A DNA stretch of 63,973 bases, filler included, from Anaerolineae bacterium (lineage in GTDB: Bacteria; Chloroflexota; Anaerolineae; Epilineales; Epilineaceae): assembly GCA_029262755.1 (NCBI GenBank). It is 8 parts of 8 records of this genome, joined end to end, with 100 filler letters (N's around TTAATTAATTAA, not from the genome) between each part and the next. Parts side by side here need not be neighbours in the genome. Positions count along the whole stretch, not along the records: positions 61,137 to 63,973 come from JAJCYU010000382.1; 7 more parts are not named here. One strand, 5' to 3'. The notes under the pieces are model-generated. The model was given only the letters and a program-made list of their open reading frames with translations, was not told where the DNA came from and searched no databases. Shown here one piece after another: positions 61,702 to 63,973 of the stretch (positions within the stretch are counted from its first letter, which is position 1; every line of letters begins with the position of its first letter). The translations under genes and the position numbers were made by a program.

Positions 61702-62816
61702 GTGCTATGCGGCGCAACGTCCATGAACGGGAGGAGCTGAGCGAGCCACGCCGCGAACGGACGGGGTCCTGGTGGCCCACCACCACCCGGACCTCCGCCG
61801 CCACCGTTGGTAGGAGCTTCGCCGGCGTAGCAGCCGAGGAGGTAGGGGAAGGTGTCCGTGGCCACGTAGCGGTAGTCACCGGCGGGGCCGACCATGCCAT
61901 TGCAGCGGTCCAGATCACCCGAGCCCTCGACATACTCGTGCGCGTCCCATGCGTTGCGCAGGTCTTGCGTGCGCTGCCAGCTGCTCTCGAGCTTCACGGT
62001 GCGCGTGCAGTCACCCTCGACGCAGGCCCACGGCGCGACGATCGGATAGCCGTCGAAAGCGTAGCCGAGCACGAGCGAGACGGCGCCCTCCGTGTCTTCG
62101 AAGAGACAATCGGGGCGCGCGTGAAAGTGATAGTCGCCGCGCCGAGCGGTATGCCCCTGGCAGAAGTCGAGGATCTGATCGAGGACGGGGTCCGCGGTGC
62201 CCATGTTGGGCGCCTCGTTGGGGCCATAGATCGGCAGTCCGTTCACGGCGATCGCCACGGGGCCGAGCAGCGGGATGTCGGCCGGCTCCTCCAGCGGGGT
62301 CGGCTCAATGGGCATGCGCCACGTGTAGTCCTGCGCCGCCAGGTCGTTGGGGGTGATGCGCACGAACTCGAAGTTCGGGATGCCGTTGGAGCGCACGACA
62401 AGCTCGTCTTCCTCGCACGTGGCCTCGAGTTCGGGATCCGGGTAAGCCGGATCCTGCTGGTAGGCGGAGACATCGAGGAAGCGCGCCGCGCCGCAGCCCG
62501 CAAGCGAGGGCTCGCTAGGATCGGGGTCGGGGTCGGGGTCGGGCGTGGTTGTTGCGGTGGGCTCGGTGGGAGTCGCCGCGGATGTCGACGTCGGTACGGG
62601 TGCCGGCGTGTCGGTTGCCGCTGGCGCCGGCGTGACCGGAAGCGCGACGGACGCTGCCAACAACGCATCCTGCACGGCGATCGGAAGGTAGATCGCGCCG
62701 TCTACGTCTTGCGCGGGTTGGGCGCCGACGGGCGCTGCGCCGCGCATCACGAGGACGAGCGTCGCGACGAGGATTGGAAGCGCGGGAGGGACGATACGTG
62801 GGGACGGGAGTTTCAT
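61695..62816 (-). CDS. Secreted YHYH-domain protein
   Basis: AAGGAG SD; signal peptide; SNGIP, AVNGLPIYGP, LDFCQGH...YHFH, GYAFDGYPI, GDLDRCNG and YRYVAT motifs. Confidence 0.92.
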   Translation of the reverse strand: MKLPSPRIVPPALPILVATLVLVMRGAAPVGAQPAQDVDGAIYLPIAVQDALLAASVALPVTPAPAATDTPAPVPTSTSAATPTEPTATTTPDPDPDPDPSEPSLAGCGAARFLDVSAYQQDPAYPDPELEATCEEDELVVRSNGIPNFEFVRITPNDLAAQDYTWRMPIEPTPLEEPADIPLLGPVAIAVNGLPIYGPNEAPNMGTADPVLDQILDFCQGHTARRGDYHFHARPDCLFEDTEGAVSLVLGYAFDGYPIVAPWACVEGDCTRTVKLESSWQRTQDLRNAWDAHEYVEGSGDLDRCNGMVGPAGDYRYVATDTFPYLLGCYAGEAPTNGGGGGPGGGGPPGPRPFAAWLAQLLPFMDVAPHSTW

Positions 62817-62968
62817 GGGGCGTGTCTCCTTAGGGTGTTTGCTAAGGATCATCATTAATGTGAGGTTCCTACCGGCGGGTTGATAGGAGCGTGTAAAGAG
62901 ACGGACTTCTTTCTCGCGATCTTGCGTATGGATCGCCGCACATAGCCGGCCCGAGATCGACGCCCACG

Positions 62969-63973
62969 TCACGGGGTCTGCGCGCCCTTCTCCTTCACAT
63001 GCTCGTCGAAGAACGCGACCGAACGCGCCAGCGCGGTCGACAGGTTTGCGCTGATGTTGTGGTCGTCGCCCGGGTAGCCGTAGAGCGTGCTCGACGCGCC
63101 GATGGCCTGTAGCTCCTCGTGCAGCGTTTCCGAGAACGAGATGGGCACGCTCGCGTCGGCCTCCCCGTGGTGGAGCTCGATGGGGCCGGATACATCGGCG
63201 AGGTAATGGTTGGCGGAGAGCGGGCGCCACAGCGTGTCGTCCGCTTCGGGGTCGCCGAAGGACTCCAGGAGCTGGTCGCGCCAGCGGGTGGCGCTGCGGG
63301 GGATGCTGCGCGTGAAGTTGGAAGGGCGCCGCCAGCGGGCGAGCAGGTCCTCGTAGCTGACCACGACCCCGCCCCACAGCACGCCGGCGTCGATCGTGTC
63401 CGTCACGACCATCGAGCGCAGGCTGATCCAGCCGCCCATCGAGTGACCCCACATCCCCACGCGTTCGGGATCGACCTCGGGCAGGGCGCGCGCGGACGCA
63501 AGACCGTGTAGCACGTCGACCGTGTAGCCCTGGTTACCGTAGCCGCCGGTGGCCTCGCCCTCCGACTCGCCGTGTCCGCGGTAGTCCGACATCAGCACGA
63601 CGTAGCCGTTGCGCGCAAAGGCATCGACATAGGCGACGTAGCGCGCCGCGGTGCGATAGCTGGCGGGCGGGATGTAGCCGTGGTTGAAGACGATCAGCGG
63701 CCAGCCCGAGGGAGCGCCGGTAGCGTCGGCGGGCGCCTCGCCGTCGGGAATCGTCAACAGGGCCTGGATGCGCAGCCCTTGGCTCCCATAGCTGGCGATG
63801 TACCGCCGGTAGCCCGCGCCGCGATCGAGCTCCCGGTCACGCGTGATGTCGCCGGCGACGATCGGCGTGTTGCGCAACGCGTCGATCGAGAGCGGGTGGG
63901 GCGTTGGAGTCTGCGTCGGGGAGGCGGTCGCCGTGGGCGTCGTCGTGCTCGTGGCGATCGCCGTGGCCGTCGC
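62969..63973 (-). CDS. Alpha/beta-hydrolase (S9 peptidase-like) with an N-terminal Pro/Thr linker, 5' end outside the window
   Basis: FNHGYIPP, DYRGHG, WGHSMGG, HHGEADASVP and GDDH catalytic triad motifs. Confidence 0.9.
   Translation of the reverse strand, partial: ATATAIATSTTTPTATASPTQTPTPHPLSIDALRNTPIVAGDITRDRELDRGAGYRRYIASYGSQGLRIQALLTIPDGEAPADATGAPSGWPLIVFNHGYIPPASYRTAARYVAYVDAFARNGYVVLMSDYRGHGESEGEATGGYGNQGYTVDVLHGLASARALPEVDPERVGMWGHSMGGWISLRSMVVTDTIDAGVLWGGVVVSYEDLLARWRRPSNFTRSIPRSATRWRDQLLESFGDPEADDTLWRPLSANHYLADVSGPIELHHGEADASVPISFSETLHEELQAIGASSTLYGYPGDDHNISANLSTALARSVAFFDEHVKEKGAQTP

Noticed and set aside
2572..63511. Many long antisense or alternate-frame ORFs (e.g. 2572-4335, 21056-22888, 24954-26681, 27007-29094, 31213-33018, 35724-37442, 61467-62858)
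   Set aside because: They shadow well-supported genes, are Arg/Gly/Pro-rich without motifs, and are expected at high GC

Overview
The window is a concatenation of 8 assembly contigs joined by artificial N44-TTAATTAATTAA-N44 spacers: 1-13863, 13964-18209, 18310-22917, 23018-43429, 43530-54550, 54651-58134, 58235-61036 and 61137-63973. Gene adjacency across spacers is therefore not meaningful. Seven contigs are very GC-rich and resemble a Chloroflexota (Anaerolineae/Ardenticatenia-like) MAG (inference). They carry housekeeping genes (yjbQ, dsbD-like, thyX, trxA, 2-oxoacid dehydrogenase E1 alpha/beta, gap, M42 peptidase, pyrG, dinG, birA, partial argC) and many large secreted proteins with Pro/Thr linkers and a recurring '(Y/F)LP' motif, including vWA, beta-propeller, LVIVD and YHYH proteins. 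Contig 2 is AT-rich and probably mis-binned. It holds two ~165-175 bp direct repeats that end in the 3' half of tRNA-Val(GAC), likely att scars of integrative elements, plus a decayed response regulator. The best candidate for an undescribed system is a four-gene cluster at 44264-50113 encoding paralogous LPxTG sortase-substrate proteins. Each has a 4-Cys 'CPxC...WxxC...C' module I do not recognise, an acidic linker and an SdrD B-like domain. The cluster is preceded by three copies of a 17-bp AT-rich operator-like motif. All family calls come from motif recognition by eye; no database searches were run.
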